This document shows positions 26,278 to 39,343 of a stretch of 64,000 bases of DNA, piece by piece. Location of the stretch: the NCBI GenBank assembly GCA_951406725.2, contig OX597821.1, positions 90,706,001 to 90,770,000 on the forward strand, given 5' to 3'. Made by a program: the position numbers and the translations under genes. A model generated the notes under the pieces. The model was not told where the DNA came from. It saw only the letters and a program-made list of their open reading frames with translations, and ran no database searches. Source of the DNA: Octopus vulgaris (taxonomy: Eukaryota). Position 1 is the stretch's first letter, and the number at the start of each line of letters is the position of its first letter.

Positions 26278-26599
26278 GTGAGGGCGTGTGGCTTAGTGGT
26301 TAGGGCATTCGGCTCATGATCGTAAGGTTGTGAGTTCGATTCCCGGCGACGCGTTGTGTCCTTGAGCAAGACACTTTATTTCACGTTGCTCCAGTCCACT
26401 CAGCTGGCAAAAATGAGTTGTACTTGTATTTCAAAGGGTCAGCCTTGTCACTCTCTGTGTCACGCTGATTATCCCCGAGAACTACGTTAAGGGTACACGT
26501 GTCTTTGGAATGCTCAGCCATTTGCACGTTAATTTCACGAGCAAGCTGTTCCGTTGATCGTATCAGCTGGGACCCTCGTCGTCGTAACCGGCGGAGTCT
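26278..26599 (+). mobile_element. SINE, head C (CORE-like) + tail T1
   Basis: tggcttagtggtt...gagttcgattccc; gtgtccttgagcaagacactt resembles the MIR CORE motif GTGACCTTGGGCAAGTCACTT; tail matches 53885-54064. Confidence 0.95.
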
Positions 26600-26616
26600 T
26601 TTTTTTTTATACATAC

Positions 26617-26676
<60 letters not shown>

Positions 26677-26679
26677 CAT

Positions 26680-26816
26680 GTACAACTCATTTTTGCCAGC
26701 TGAGCAGACTGGAGCAACATGTAATAAAGTGTCTTGCTCAAGGACACAATGCGTCACCGGGAATTGAACACATGACCTTGCGATCACGAGCTGAATACCC
26801 TAACCACTAAGTCACA
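26680..26816 (-). mobile_element. SINE head C fragment
   Basis: Reverse complement of 26288-26425. Confidence 0.85.
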
Positions 26817-26969
26817 TAAATATAATATAATATATGTATGTATAAATTCAAATTACGATGATTGTAAACAAACAAACGAAGTTTGCTTTACAAGCGTTGA
26901 GATGTCTAAGAAAGTTAAAGAAGTGATTTTAAATTCTCAAACACAGGATAGTGCTAACAATATAGCTTG

Positions 26970-27450
26970 AACAGGATAAGCTACCCCTATTTTGCAGAAA
27001 AATATCTGTATTGCTGAAAAACAACTGGATTTAATAAAATTTTCTGCTGATATAGGTGTGGAGTTTGGCCAAAAACAATGTTCATATTTAACAACTGAAC
27101 ATGAAAAACTGTTCTCAAACTCTAAATCTTTGCATCAATGGTCTCCCTATCTCCCTTGTTCCACAAAATGAGTACTACAAATAACTAGGTGTTGATGAAA
27201 ATAAATATATCATACTAAGATAGATTAACAAAAGAATATTACACAAGACTTTAAAAATTCATAATGGTCAGAGCTTTTCCTTTACAGCAATCATTAGTCG
27301 TACTGGTAGCGACATTTTGGTAAGAGAAAAAAATCCATTCGATAGACTTAAAAACTCACAATATCCTGAAATTGACTGCAAATTCTCACAGAAGCAATGA
27401 TATTGACAGCTTGGCTCTCAAGAGAAAGGTTAAGAAGAGGCTAAAGATAG
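26970..27450 (+). mobile_element. Degraded R4/Dong RT fragment (inverted partial copy at 26088-26202)
   Basis: KQLDLIKFSADIGVEFGQKQC, NEYYK*LGVDEN, TKEYYTRL, WSEL. Confidence 0.7.
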
Positions 27451-27989
27451 GTGTAGTCATAAACATATAATTGTTATATATTAAAATTTAAAAAAGACTT
27501 ACATGTATTTACTACTACACATACACAATATATGTTTAAATCTCATGTTTGCTGGAAAAATCTTAACTTTTTTAGATTGTGATTTCAGTGAATCTAAAAT
27601 TTTCAAGCAAAGAAAGAAACTGGTGAACAAAAATTTTAGAGACACAATCTGTAAATGGAGCAGTATAAATCTGCAACACTTTCTTAAAGTTCTACATGTA
27701 ACAGCCATTCTTTTTGTCCGGACATCAAAGATAATTCTTTTCTTTCTTTATTTGAAACAAGCTGCCTACATCTAGAAAGAATGCTAACAGATAAAAAAAA
27801 CAAAAACAGAAAAAGACCTACCTACCTATCTACCTACTCACTCACTCACTCACACAGATATAAATTTTTTTATTGAAACGCTTGTCAATTTTCAGTTTCA
27901 ATAAATGTCTGTATCCTCTACAACATATATTGAGCATTTCTCTCTCTCTCATCTGTCTGAGCAATGTATGGATGTGTTTGTATACATAC

Positions 27990-28008
27990 ATACGTATATA
28001 TATGCGTG

Positions 28009-28050
<42 letters not shown>

Positions 28051-28114
28051 TAGATAGATATGTATATATATATATATATATAGATAGATAGATAGATAGA
28101 TAGTATATAAAAAA

Positions 28115-28175
<61 letters not shown>

Positions 28176-28310
28176 CATACACATACATATATGTATACAT
28201 ATATATATATACATATGTAGACACACACATATACATGTATGTGAACATTTATATGTACACACACACACACACACACACACTAACACACACACACAAACAC
28301 ACACACACAC
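27990..28310. repeat. Compound (TA)/(TAGA)/(CA) microsatellite
   Basis: Direct reading. Confidence 0.9.
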
Positions 28311-29423
28311 ATGAATTTGCAAATCACATGACTTTTGCAGACGTAATAGAATTATTAGAACCACAAACAAACCAGACTTATATGAGCCAAAAATTGAAAC
28401 TGTATTGAAGCCTTCGTTTGGCAAACAATTTCTCCTCTCGTGTATGATACTCGTTATGAAACCGTGCATTGTTTATTGAAGAAAAGATTGTAATGTAATC
28501 AGTTTCAGAGTTCAAATCTTTGAAATTCCGGCCATTATGGTCTCAAAATTTGTGTAGGATAGGTCAAGCTATAAACATAAAATTAATTACTCTCCAACTT
28601 TAATAAAGGACACACATAAAGTTGGAATAATTGTTATGAAGGAAAGAGAAGAATTTGTATAGATGAGGCAAGTGTGTGGCTGGTATGGCCCCTTTCGGAT
28701 AATATGAAAAATAATACCATGTCTAACGAATATTGCCGCAGTTTATATCAACACTTGACTGGTTGAATTTACCAGCTTCTGATATTGCTAATAAAAATGC
28801 TGACTTTTGAACTGAGATGTCTGAAATAATGGCTAAACGGACATGAGAACAAAAGGACAAAAGCTAGAATCGTTGATAAATTGCCACAAATGGTGAATCG
28901 TAATATGGCTTATGATGTATAGTTTGGAATATAACGCTTTGTAATAATACTTCAAGTAATCAATTTGAGAAAAATTAATTTCTGTTTCTGATAGACACAT
29001 TTATGAAGATAATACTGAAAAGCAGTTTTATGTGTATGTAAGTGTGTGTTTTACTCTGTGTGTTTCTGTGGATGTATCATGTGTGTGTATGTGTGTGTAT
29101 GTGTGTGTATGTGTGTGTATACTGTGCAGAGGGTGAACTGTGTGTTTAGAGAAGATTACAAACAGCTATGCGGAAATATGCATCAGGACTGTTCTGATGA
29201 GATGATTAACGAAATATATAGATATGAGAAAAAGAAAGGAAAAAAAAATGCACATCCACATGGACCCCCAAACAGTTGTGCAGAGGAAACTAGCCATCAA
29301 AGAAGGTGCAGAATGTATGCATGTGTGTACACACGTATGTGTGTACACACGTATGTGTGTCTGAGTGCATGCACATACATACCTATACATACTCACACAC
29401 ACATACATACATACATACATACA

Positions 29424-29456
<33 letters not shown>

Positions 29457-29696
29457 TCATATATAAGCATATACACATACCTGCGTATATTTATACACAC
29501 ACATACATATATGCACATGCATACATATGTGTTTGTGCGTGATTGAGAGAGAGAGAGAGTATATATTTATCTACTTATATAGATAAATATAGATATAAAT
29601 GGATACATAAAAATTTATATATATATATACATATATATATATTTATATATATATACATATATATATATTATATATATATATACATATATATATTTA

Positions 29697-29795
<99 letters not shown>

Positions 29796-29870
29796 GCATG
29801 CACATACACAGATATGTATATATACACACACATTGTCACGCACACACATGTATTAAACAATAACAGAAAT

Positions 29871-30059
29871 ATAATGAAAATACTTCTTTCATGTAAAGCT
29901 TCTTAGCAAAGAACTCGATAAACATCAAATGAATTCGATGTTTAGAGCAACAATACAATGAAATGAAAAGTTATATTATTGGTCTAAATCTGAATTCATT
30001 TCATGTTTATTGAGATCTTTGCTAAGATGCTTTACATAAAAGAAATATGTCCATTATTA
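29871..30059. repeat. ~87 bp-arm foldback (MITE-like palindrome)
   Basis: tgtaaagcttcttagcaaagaactcgataaacatcaaatgaattc pairs with gaattcatttcatgtttattgagatctttgctaagatgctttaca; short loop. Confidence 0.85.
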
Positions 30060-30559
30060 TAGTGAGATATATATTTCTATTGTTACTATAATGCTCATTT
30101 CTCTAAGTTCATTAATTTTTTTTAATGTTAACTGTGGCTATTTGTGGTCCAATAGTAACTTTTTAGTTTTTGGTTTATTTTTTTAGAACCAAACAGATCA
30201 TGAAATAATTATCAATATTTTTGGCTCATTCACTCATATCTGGCGTTAATTTCTATATTACATTGGCTTTGTACAAAAGCAAGGATTTTCTATTAAAATT
30301 TCTTTTTTATTAATTGCTGTTGATGGTATAAAACGAGCATATATCTAGGGTATATCGTTAATATATGCCTATATTTGCAATAATGTACTATATGATTATA
30401 TTAGTTTTAGAGATTTTATCATTTTAGGCATCATTAAATTTCATTATATATAACGATTATATATATATAATGAAATCCTTGAGTGAGAAAAATGGGCTTT
30501 CCTATATTTGTCAATATAGTGGGTATATTAAACAAAGTATTATGTATCTACTACAGCCA

Positions 30560-32045
30560 ACATTAGTTAGCTGAATGATTACGTATTATGTGTGCTCATC
30601 AAAGATGACAGGTGTAGAAAAATGATGTCTGCTCTCTGTTATTGGAGAGGAAGAAGTATCTCAACTGGTAGATGCTGTGAAAAAGGCAAGACTAAGTTGT
30701 GGGGGGTAATAGGATGGGGATAACTCTTTATCATGTGTTATATCACCTCAAATATCATCCAATCAAATCTGTGAAGTCAGATATCAGCCTGGTAAGCAAG
30801 AAGCTGACCAAGAATGTCAACAATGCCAAAAAACACAACTCTTTAGCAAAGGACTAGTCTGGGTTTCTTTCAATGTAGCAATGAATATCCTCAACAGCGC
30901 TCAAGTGTATGTGATCTAGTTGATATTTTCGTCTTAGATTTACTTAATAAGAGATTCCACTTAACTAAAATTAGCCTCTAGTGAGACGATGCTTTGACAA
31001 TATTGAAAAAGGGAATGGCCACACATTTGGCGGCTTTAGGAAGGACTTAACCAACAACCTGAATTTTCTTAGCCTCAAGATTACAATGGAAACCATCATG
31101 AAGACGGCTGATGTTCTTGATCTGACCCCAGACTTGGAATCTGTTACCTACAGGCCGTTTAGGAAGTTGAATGAGAGGTTGAAATACATCAACACAGCTT
31201 TCTGTCATCTAACTAGCGGCTTAAGGAGCCTTGTGAAGAGGGTGTACAGAAAAAAATTCTATCCTACCTTCATGTAAAGAGATTTTTGACGCTGTTGTCC
31301 AATACTATAACAAGGCATTGACTGCCAATAGTTTTATGAATAAGTTAAGTTAAGAATAGGATTAATAACCCCACTAGGAGGAAGCACCACCGGAAAATGT
31401 TGTGGTTCACATCAACTGCTTCCTAAGCATAAAATCTTGTGTTGGTAGGATCTTCCTTAGTTTAGTAGACAAACATTTTCCTTCTACAAAAAGGTTCCAT
31501 AAAATATTTAACAAACACGCTTAAAGAAGTTCTTTTAGTTGTGCACCCAATATCAAGAAAATATTAATAGGTAGATACACACGTGAGAAAGAGGCAAGGC
31601 ATGACAGAGGCAAAACCACGTATCTCTTTAATGGCCACTGCAACACAAAATAGTTGTATATGAAGCAGGGTTGATGTCAAAGTAATTCACTGGGCAGCCC
31701 GACGTGTGGAAGTATGTAGATATGAGAAAAGGTACTTGCAGAACCAGATTTAACAACCATAAAACCGTCTTTAATATCCAGTTGAGTCGCAATTGCACAG
31801 CTATAATTAATCATATATGGTTATTGAAGGAAAGTGCCACGGATTACAACATAGAATAAAAAATCCTGGAGACGTGCAAGCATTATTTTGGCAGTAACAG
31901 AAAGTGCAGGTTATGTATAACCGAGAAAAGGATTATATTGAAAACTTAGCTCCAACCAGATACCTACCTAAGCTACTGAAGCGAGATATTTAATTCGTGT
32001 CCACACAAGAGAAGATACGTGATGGATTACTTTCGGGCTTTAAAT
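30560..32045 (+). mobile_element. Penelope-like element: decayed RT C-terminal half, linker and GIY-YIG endonuclease
   Basis: FNVAM, GL*xDD, LKITME..ADVLDLT..TYRPFRK..KYIN; VGRIFLSLVDKHFP..FHKIFNK; PLNGHC; TRFNNHK; HIWLLKE; KCRLCITEK; EIFNSCPHKRR. Many stops and frameshifts. Confidence 0.9.
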
Positions 32046-32078
32046 GCTAAGGCCTCGACCATCGACAATATGAAAGCA

Positions 32079-32138
<60 letters not shown>

Positions 32139-32172
32139 TGCATGTGTGTGTGTGTGTATGTGTGTGTGTGTA

Positions 32173-33991
32173 TTGAGGTACCGAAAATTAATGTTGCTTT
32201 ACTCATGATGAGCTCAAATCAACATGAGACATACCGTAAATATATTTATTCATTCGACATTTCCCACCTCGAAAACAGTTTTCTGTTTCTTTGTGCAATA
32301 AAAAAAAAGGGTTCTTCAGAAGAGAAGAACTTTTGATTGTCGTTTCGACATTGTCCCTGCTTTTGAATACTTTTCCACAGCTAAAAGTGTTCAAGTGACC
32401 TTGAATAAGTGAAAATCTGATGAGGTGATAATTCTCATGAATAGAGGAGGTGAGGTCGAGCTTCTCACTCAAATGAATTTATCTTTTCTTCGCTGAATAT
32501 AGTTTTCCATTACCATGTTGCAGAATGACTCCCATTCTATTTAACAGAGATGGTTGTTTATGAGAAAAAACTTCACTGACACGTACAAGTTATTGACAGT
32601 AAAATTCTGAAGTGAAAGCTTCTCCTTCATTCTAATTCACAGTGAACATCTGTTGTGTTCCACCAAATATACAGCAAGACCTTCTTTGAGTGAAGATCTG
32701 GTTTGGATGTTGGAACTGGATTTTTACTTGGCGTTTTCCCCCAATTCTTACGTTTAATGTTGGTATAGACTATCCATTTCTCATTTCCTGTTCATTCCTG
32801 ATCAGCGAAATGTTGCAAACTGTTGAACGCACTGCTTTTTTTCAGGAAACATCAAGAAAGGTACCTACTTCTCTTCTCTATACAATTCCCAATCTACTTA
32901 ACATGATCTTGCATAGTGGGCCGATGTCCCCAAAACTTTGTCTCAGATCCGTTTCAACTACTGTTTTCACTACATGATTGTCGAGAGAATTTGGTCTTTT
33001 TGATCGATACACACTCAAAGATAGAAAGCACTGTTTTTAAAAATTTTCTAAACCACCATCGGCCTTTTTGAACATTCAAACCGTCAGGATATTAGTAGAT
33101 TTGTTTTCATGGACTCATGCTGTATTGTAGCCCTTACGAAATTCGTAAAGCTTGCAATGCCGAATATGCAGCTTACTAAACTTTTTTGTGGCAGTGATTC
33201 GAAATCCCAGTCGCTAGATAATCGGTCAGAAGCCACGACCGAGCACAAAAGCTTCACGTGATCGGGCTAGTAAGCAACCAAACAATATCAAGCTGTAGTG
33301 TAGTTTAGTCTTCTAGAATCTTCTTGTACCTTATAAAAAACAGTTTTTTTTTGTGGTAATTAATGTTAGAGTGTTGAAAGACAGCTGAGTGAGATATGTG
33401 ACTCCACACTATGGTTTCAGGTATTTGGACAAATGGCCAGCACAGGCAGTCAACGCAGATGGCCAACGCAGAAGGCTTAGGACAGATGACTAAGAACCTC
33501 TATCGCCGCGAAGATAGCGCAGTTGGTATCAAATATATTCTGCGACCGCTGGTTGCCGTACCAATAGCTTTCTGCAATGTCAGAGCAGTATCTCTCCCAA
33601 TCTGTACTAATTATTGATGTAACTGTAAACGGTCGACACAGATTGTCTTGTATGACAATAAATACTTCAGTTAAACGTTCACGGGTTTTGCTTCAATTAT
33701 TCGTGCAGCCAACGAAATATGTCTTCGTTTACCAACTCACCAATAGCAGTCAACGACACATAATGACCTATGGCGACTTTGGTGACACAATGAACAGCAC
33801 TCGTGACACTTGTATTCATGGTTATCAGACAAAGCATATATACACACACACAAGGTGTGTGCACATTAGCGTTCGGTCATTAACTCTATGCTCATTGGTT
33901 GATTGCAAACAGGTTTTATTGGCTTGTAAACCGTTTGTGGCAAGACGTCAGACTATTTGCTTGAAAATACATCAATTTTCGGTACCTCTAA
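32173..33991 (-). mobile_element. Full-span degraded mariner (DD34D) transposon
   Basis: TIRs gaggtaccgaaaatt / aattttcggtacctc; minus-strand remnants HIRHCKLYEFRKG, KPDLHSKKVLLYIWWN, GVILQHGNGK, RSLEHF, GKVFKSRDNVE. Confidence 0.85.
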
Positions 33992-34014
33992 TGTGTGTAT
34001 GTGTGTGTGTAATA

Positions 34015-34614
<600 letters not shown>

Positions 34615-34697
34615 TATATGTATATAAATACATGTTTTTGAATTTGAGCACATATATATAAATAATGAACACGCATACGTGCGCACACACAAACATA

Positions 34698-34739
<42 letters not shown>

Positions 34740-35730
34740 CACACACACACACACTCATGTGAGGAACTGTTTCTTCTTTTCCGTATGTATTTTTGTATTG
34801 AACTATGTTCCTGATTCATATTTTTCTTATCACAGTTCATGTTCGCGTCTTGCAATGTTTTTCGCGTAGTAAGTTCTTAAATCCATCAGCAATTTTTCTA
34901 AACCTCCAGGCATTTGCCATCAGCTTGAAGTGGATGTTGGAGTGTGTTGCTGCAACCTCATTGTAAGCTCGATATGACTGGCCATTAGATTTTTTTGTAC
35001 GTGTATTTATTTTAATGTTGTTCTGCTGAATGAGAATTGCCTCTATCACTTATCTGTTATTGTGGAGATTCTGTAATACATAAACGTGTTGAACATTAAT
35101 ATTTATATTTTCAGGTAAATTTGTATTGCGCTTGTGGTGTATTGCATTGAAATAATTCCATTTTGTAAATGCATAGTGAGTCGACGAGATAGTGATGTTA
35201 TTGTATGTCTAAGATATCAGTTAGATTCATGAAGTTTACAACTTTGACGTTCTGGTGCTAAATCGCATTTGTCATTACAATCTTCTTGGCAGCCATACAA
35301 GTTTGCGGTTTGTTGTTGATAAAAAGGCTTCAAAATTTATTGTTTTTACAGAAGATTAACTATTAAAATCAATCTATCGCTTTGTGAATGCATTTTGTGT
35401 TCTGCTTGAAGAAGTTTTTAATATGTTTATCTATCCTACAATGAGCATGTATATGATAAATATATTACACTTCATGTACAATTCGTATAGATTTTAGTAG
35501 TCATAAATACTAAGGCACCTCTCACTGTTTTGTTACTTCACCTGTCCCGTTTGCTTGTAAGAAAACTCGTATTTAACTTCATTTTTCAACGATTTGTGGT
35601 TTCCATTGTCTAGTACTAGGCTTCCTGGAGAGAATCACAATGCTCACGTGAAGAAAATATTTACCATCGACATTTTACAAGTGTTGAGAACCGGTGTATT
35701 TATGTTATGTCTGTATTTATCCTATACCTT

Positions 35731-35816
<86 letters not shown>

Positions 35817-35838
35817 AGAACAAAGTGTACGTACGCCG

Positions 35839-35877
<39 letters not shown>

Positions 35878-35901
35878 AGAGAACAAAGTGTACGTACGCC
35901 G

Positions 35902-35952
<51 letters not shown>

Positions 35953-36034
35953 ATACAAAATAGGACAAGAACGCAAAACATCCGGACAACTAGGTGATGT
36001 TTTGCCGTCCCCTCTTTTATATATATATATATAT

Positions 36035-36067
<33 letters not shown>

Positions 36068-36250
36068 GGGAGAGTTTACGAAAAAAACAAAAGACGAAGA
36101 TAGGTGGTGTACAAAACAAACAGATGTATTAGTATAACGCTCAGGAATAGAAAGAGTCTTACCTTTCGTGCCAATGCTCTTCTACAGAAAGGGACACAGA
36201 AAAAACAAGGCGAGAAACAAGGAGAGAAAAAATGTGTGTAGTGGCTAACG
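36068..36250 (-). mobile_element. Cassette family H1, second copy, with degenerate hammerhead motif at 36156-36192
   Basis: Aligns with 16701-16897; motif CUGUAGA-A-GAGC(AUUG)GCAC-GAAA-GG-UA; (TA)n on both sides. Confidence 0.75.
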
Positions 36251-36312
<62 letters not shown>

Positions 36313-36316
<4 letters not shown>

Positions 36317-36708
36317 TTTTACTTGTTTCAGTCATTTGATTGCAGCCATGCTGAAGTACCACCTTGACGGCTTTTCGTCCCAGGACATATTTTCTTAAGC
36401 TTAGCACCTAATCTATCGGCCTCTTTCGCCGAACCACTATATAACGAGGAAGTAAACAAACCAACACCGGTTGTCAAGTGGTATGGGGGTGACAAACACA
36501 GTGACAAAGACACACACATAAATACACACACACACCCACATATTTATATATGACGGGCTTCTTTCACTTTCCGTCTACCAAATCCACTTACAATGCTTTC
36601 GTCGGCTCAAGGTTGTAGTAGAAGATACTTGCTCAAGGTGCCACGCAGTGTGAATGAAATCGGAAACATGTGGTTGGGAAGCAAGCTTCTTACTACACAG
36701 CCACGCCT
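36313..36708 (-). mobile_element. SINE family A, diverged
   Basis: Colinear reverse complement. Confidence 0.9.
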
Positions 36709-36838
36709 AATATGTGTGTGTGTGTGTGTGTATTTATATTTGTATTTACATAGTAGCATGTGCGTGTGTATATGTCAATAAAGTGCACTAGTCAGCACCA
36801 GCATTGCTAGAAATAGGAGTCAAAACAACTCAATATCC

Positions 36839-37148
36839 ACGTCGCAGATATAGCTAGATCATCGAGGATTTCGTATTTTGATGCTGAACGCATCTTAACG
36901 CTCATCGCTGGCTCTCACCGCGTCTAGTGTTAAGCCCATCTCACCATCTCAAGGAGATGAGAGTTAAAATACGTTAAGCGTATAGGCGCAGGAGCGGCTG
37001 TGTGGCAAGTAGCTTGCTAACCAACCACATGGTTCCGGGTTCTGTTCTACTGCGTGGCATCTTGGCAAGTGTCTTCTGCTATAGCCCCGGGCCGACCAAT
37101 GCCTTGTGAGTGGATTTGGTAGACGGAAACTGAAAGAAGCCTGTCGTA

Positions 37149-37200
<52 letters not shown>

Positions 37201-37483
37201 TTTGTGTGTCTGTGTTTGTCCCCCTAGCATTGCTTGACAACCGATGCTGGTGTGTTTACGTCCCCGTCACTTAGCGGTTCGGCAAAAGAGAGCCGATAGA
37301 ATAAGTACTGGGCTTACAAAAGAATAAGTCCCGGGGTCGATTTGCTCGACTAAAGGCGGTGCTCCAGCATGGCCGCAGTCAAATGACTGAAACTAGTAAA
37401 AGAGTAAAAGAGTAAAAGAGTAAAAGAGTAAAGAGTAAGCGTCAAAGTACAAAATCGTCGATGATCTGGCTATATCTGCGACT
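36839..37483. mobile_element. Foldback MITE (~190 bp, ~70 bp arms) split by a SINE A
   Basis: gtcgcagatatagctagatcatcga / tcgatgatctggctatatctgcgac; taagcgt occurs on both sides of the SINE. Confidence 0.8.
36982..37434 (+). mobile_element. SINE family A, young full-length copy
   Basis: Intact head and long (gtaaaaga)n tail; apparent TSD taagcgt. Confidence 0.95.
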
Positions 37484-37787
37484 GCTTAAACACAAAACTT
37501 GAATCTACTACACTATATATAAATTCCCTACTGGGAATGACCAATTTTAAGAGAATCTTTCATTGCTTATAAACCCTACATCTGGATGGACTCATATTAA
37601 ACTCTGTTGAACTTTTGGATCTTACTCAAAGAATATTGGAATATTACACATATATACCATTATGCCTATAAAACGGATTTACGAACTCAATAACCATACA
37701 TATCGTACATTTATTTTCTTTCCACCACCTCACTCTCTATTTGTATCACATCGAAACTAACTATGTCTTAATATTTCCTCTCACACC

Positions 37788-37839
37788 GTTTCCGATGAAG
37801 GGATATTATTAGTTAATATCCTAGAAACAGCTGTAAGAC
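37788..37839 (+). ncRNA. Type I hammerhead-like motif (U4C) in cassette H2 (~37505-37895)
   Basis: GUUU-CCGAUGA-A-GGGAUAUU(loop)AAUAUCCU-A-GAAA-CAGCUG-UA-AGAC; ACAGCUGU palindrome, GUA site. Confidence 0.65.
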
Positions 37840-37909
37840 CTTCTATCTATAAATGCGCTAATATCTATACACCCTTGTTTTTTATCTCATTACGCAATAT
37901 ATATATATA

Positions 37910-38032
37910 TCACGTCACGTGATCACGTGACCGACCAGACCATCAGATGTTGTTACACATCGCTGGTCACAATGCGTTCGCTTTGTTTTAGCCTTCGAAT
38001 GGCGCCTCCCCGCTGGCTAAGCGAGCAGGCCA
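37910..38032 (-). mobile_element. RTE-type tail T3 fragment in (TA)n
   Basis: Matches 53224-53335; ends in cacgtga repeats. Confidence 0.85.
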
Positions 38033-38042
38033 TATATATATA

Positions 38043-38397
38043 CTAGTATTATAACACGATTTCATTCGGGTCTACTCGGGCCACATTTCAAAGGTGAGAA
38101 ATTTTGCCCTAGAAGCCACTCCTTACAATTGAGCAAACTCAAAGTTGCCATGCAAACTCCCAAGCACTTTCAACACAGGTGTTATTCTTTTATTTGTTTC
38201 AGTCATTTTGACTGCGGCCATGCTGGAGCACCGCCTTTAGTCGAGCAAATCGCTCCAAAGACATACCAAGCAAGCTACTTACCACACTGCCACTCCTACG
38301 CCTATATGCAAACTTTTAGGTCAATCCGACCACATTTACTAACACTTTTGCCTGCATAACTGCTTGTGAGACAACGTCCGCCCTTATCACAAATATA

Positions 38398-38399
<2 letters not shown>
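38043..38399 (-). mobile_element. Possible non-autonomous Helitron containing an internally deleted SINE A (38183-38304)
   Basis: Reverse complement begins TCtatatt and ends in an imperfect hairpin followed by CTAG|T. Confidence 0.45.
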
Positions 38400-38436
<37 letters not shown>

Positions 38437-38441
<5 letters not shown>

Positions 38442-38878
38442 GGGTGGAAAGTTGTATATTAATTTAATAATACCATCAATTTAACACAAAGTGACTTAGC
38501 GCATTAAAAACCAGGGATAAAATAAAAAATTTATATACACATATATAAGAGAGTGACCACCATAAGGTCGACTCTGGCGCTAAAAATAGATCCGCTATGG
38601 TATTAGCCACTAAAAAATTGTTTCCAAGGAAAGTCACAACAACATTTAACGTAAACGAGCAGGGCATTTGAAAAAATATATAGATTAACTCTGGACAATT
38701 GTTTCGCTATTAATGTAAATGCAATTTTACTTACACAACATCTATAGGTCATCAGCAGAATTTGTCTAGAATACAATTTATTAAACCGCTCGCCGACTTC
38801 CCTTGGAAACAATTTTTTTAGTGGCTAATACCATAGCGGATCTATTTTTAGCGCCACAGTCGACCTTATAGTGGTCTT
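38437..38878 (-). mobile_element. Cassette H3: 81 bp inverted arms enclosing a hammerhead
   Basis: Arms 38555-38635 and 38795-38876; (TA)n on both sides. Confidence 0.8.
38687..38762 (-). ncRNA. Type I hammerhead ribozyme motif
   Basis: AAUUCUG-CUGAUGA-cCUAUAGAUGU(loop)ACAUUAAUAGc-GAAA-CAAUUG-UC-CAGAGUU: canonical core, 7 bp stem I, ~10 bp stem II with C-C at the 10.1/11.1 pair, ACAAUUGU palindrome, GUC site. Confidence 0.85.
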
Positions 38879-38902
38879 ATATATATATATAATATATATA
38901 TA

Positions 38903-38960
<58 letters not shown>

Positions 38961-39141
38961 AATGTGAGGATAAAATTCTTTTCGAAAAAAAATATTTTCT
39001 CGAAAAAAATTTTATCAATGGCCAGCATATTAGAAAATACCCTTAACGGTTAAATTTATAAACAATTCATAAATGAGGGCAATTAGTGTTTGCTTCTTCC
39101 ATGGGTGCGAGTAAGTATCTCATTTATTTCTTTTGCCACAT

Positions 39142-39196
39142 ATATCACTGACGAAGAGAGGGCTCTTAGTAGCTAACTCTGAAATCGGTCCGATGT
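39142..39196 (+). ncRNA. Type I hammerhead-like motif in cassette H4 (~38958-39347)
   Basis: AUAUCA-CUGACGA-AGAG...CUCU-GAAA-UCGG-UC-CGAUGU; enclosed by a perfect 19 bp inverted repeat (39064-39082, 39328-39346). Confidence 0.6.
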
Positions 39197-39343
39197 CGTA
39201 ATAATGGAATTTTTTAGAAATTTCTGTCGACCTTTTTTCGAGTAGCGTGCGTATTGTGAAAAAATTATATGGTTAATGGACAATATGTCCAATTTTTCGG
39301 CATATTTGGCATTAGAAATTTTTTCCTTTGCCCTCATTTATGA

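Noticed and set aside
28581-28633. Small hairpin tccaacttta/taaagttgga
   Set aside because: Stem too short and AT-rich for a miRNA precursor.
29188-29225. CTGATGA..GAAA hammerhead-like spacing
   Set aside because: Stem II is weak and stem I is absent.
34840-35450. Possible MULE transposase remnant on the minus strand
   Set aside because: Only a vague motif resemblance and no termini found.
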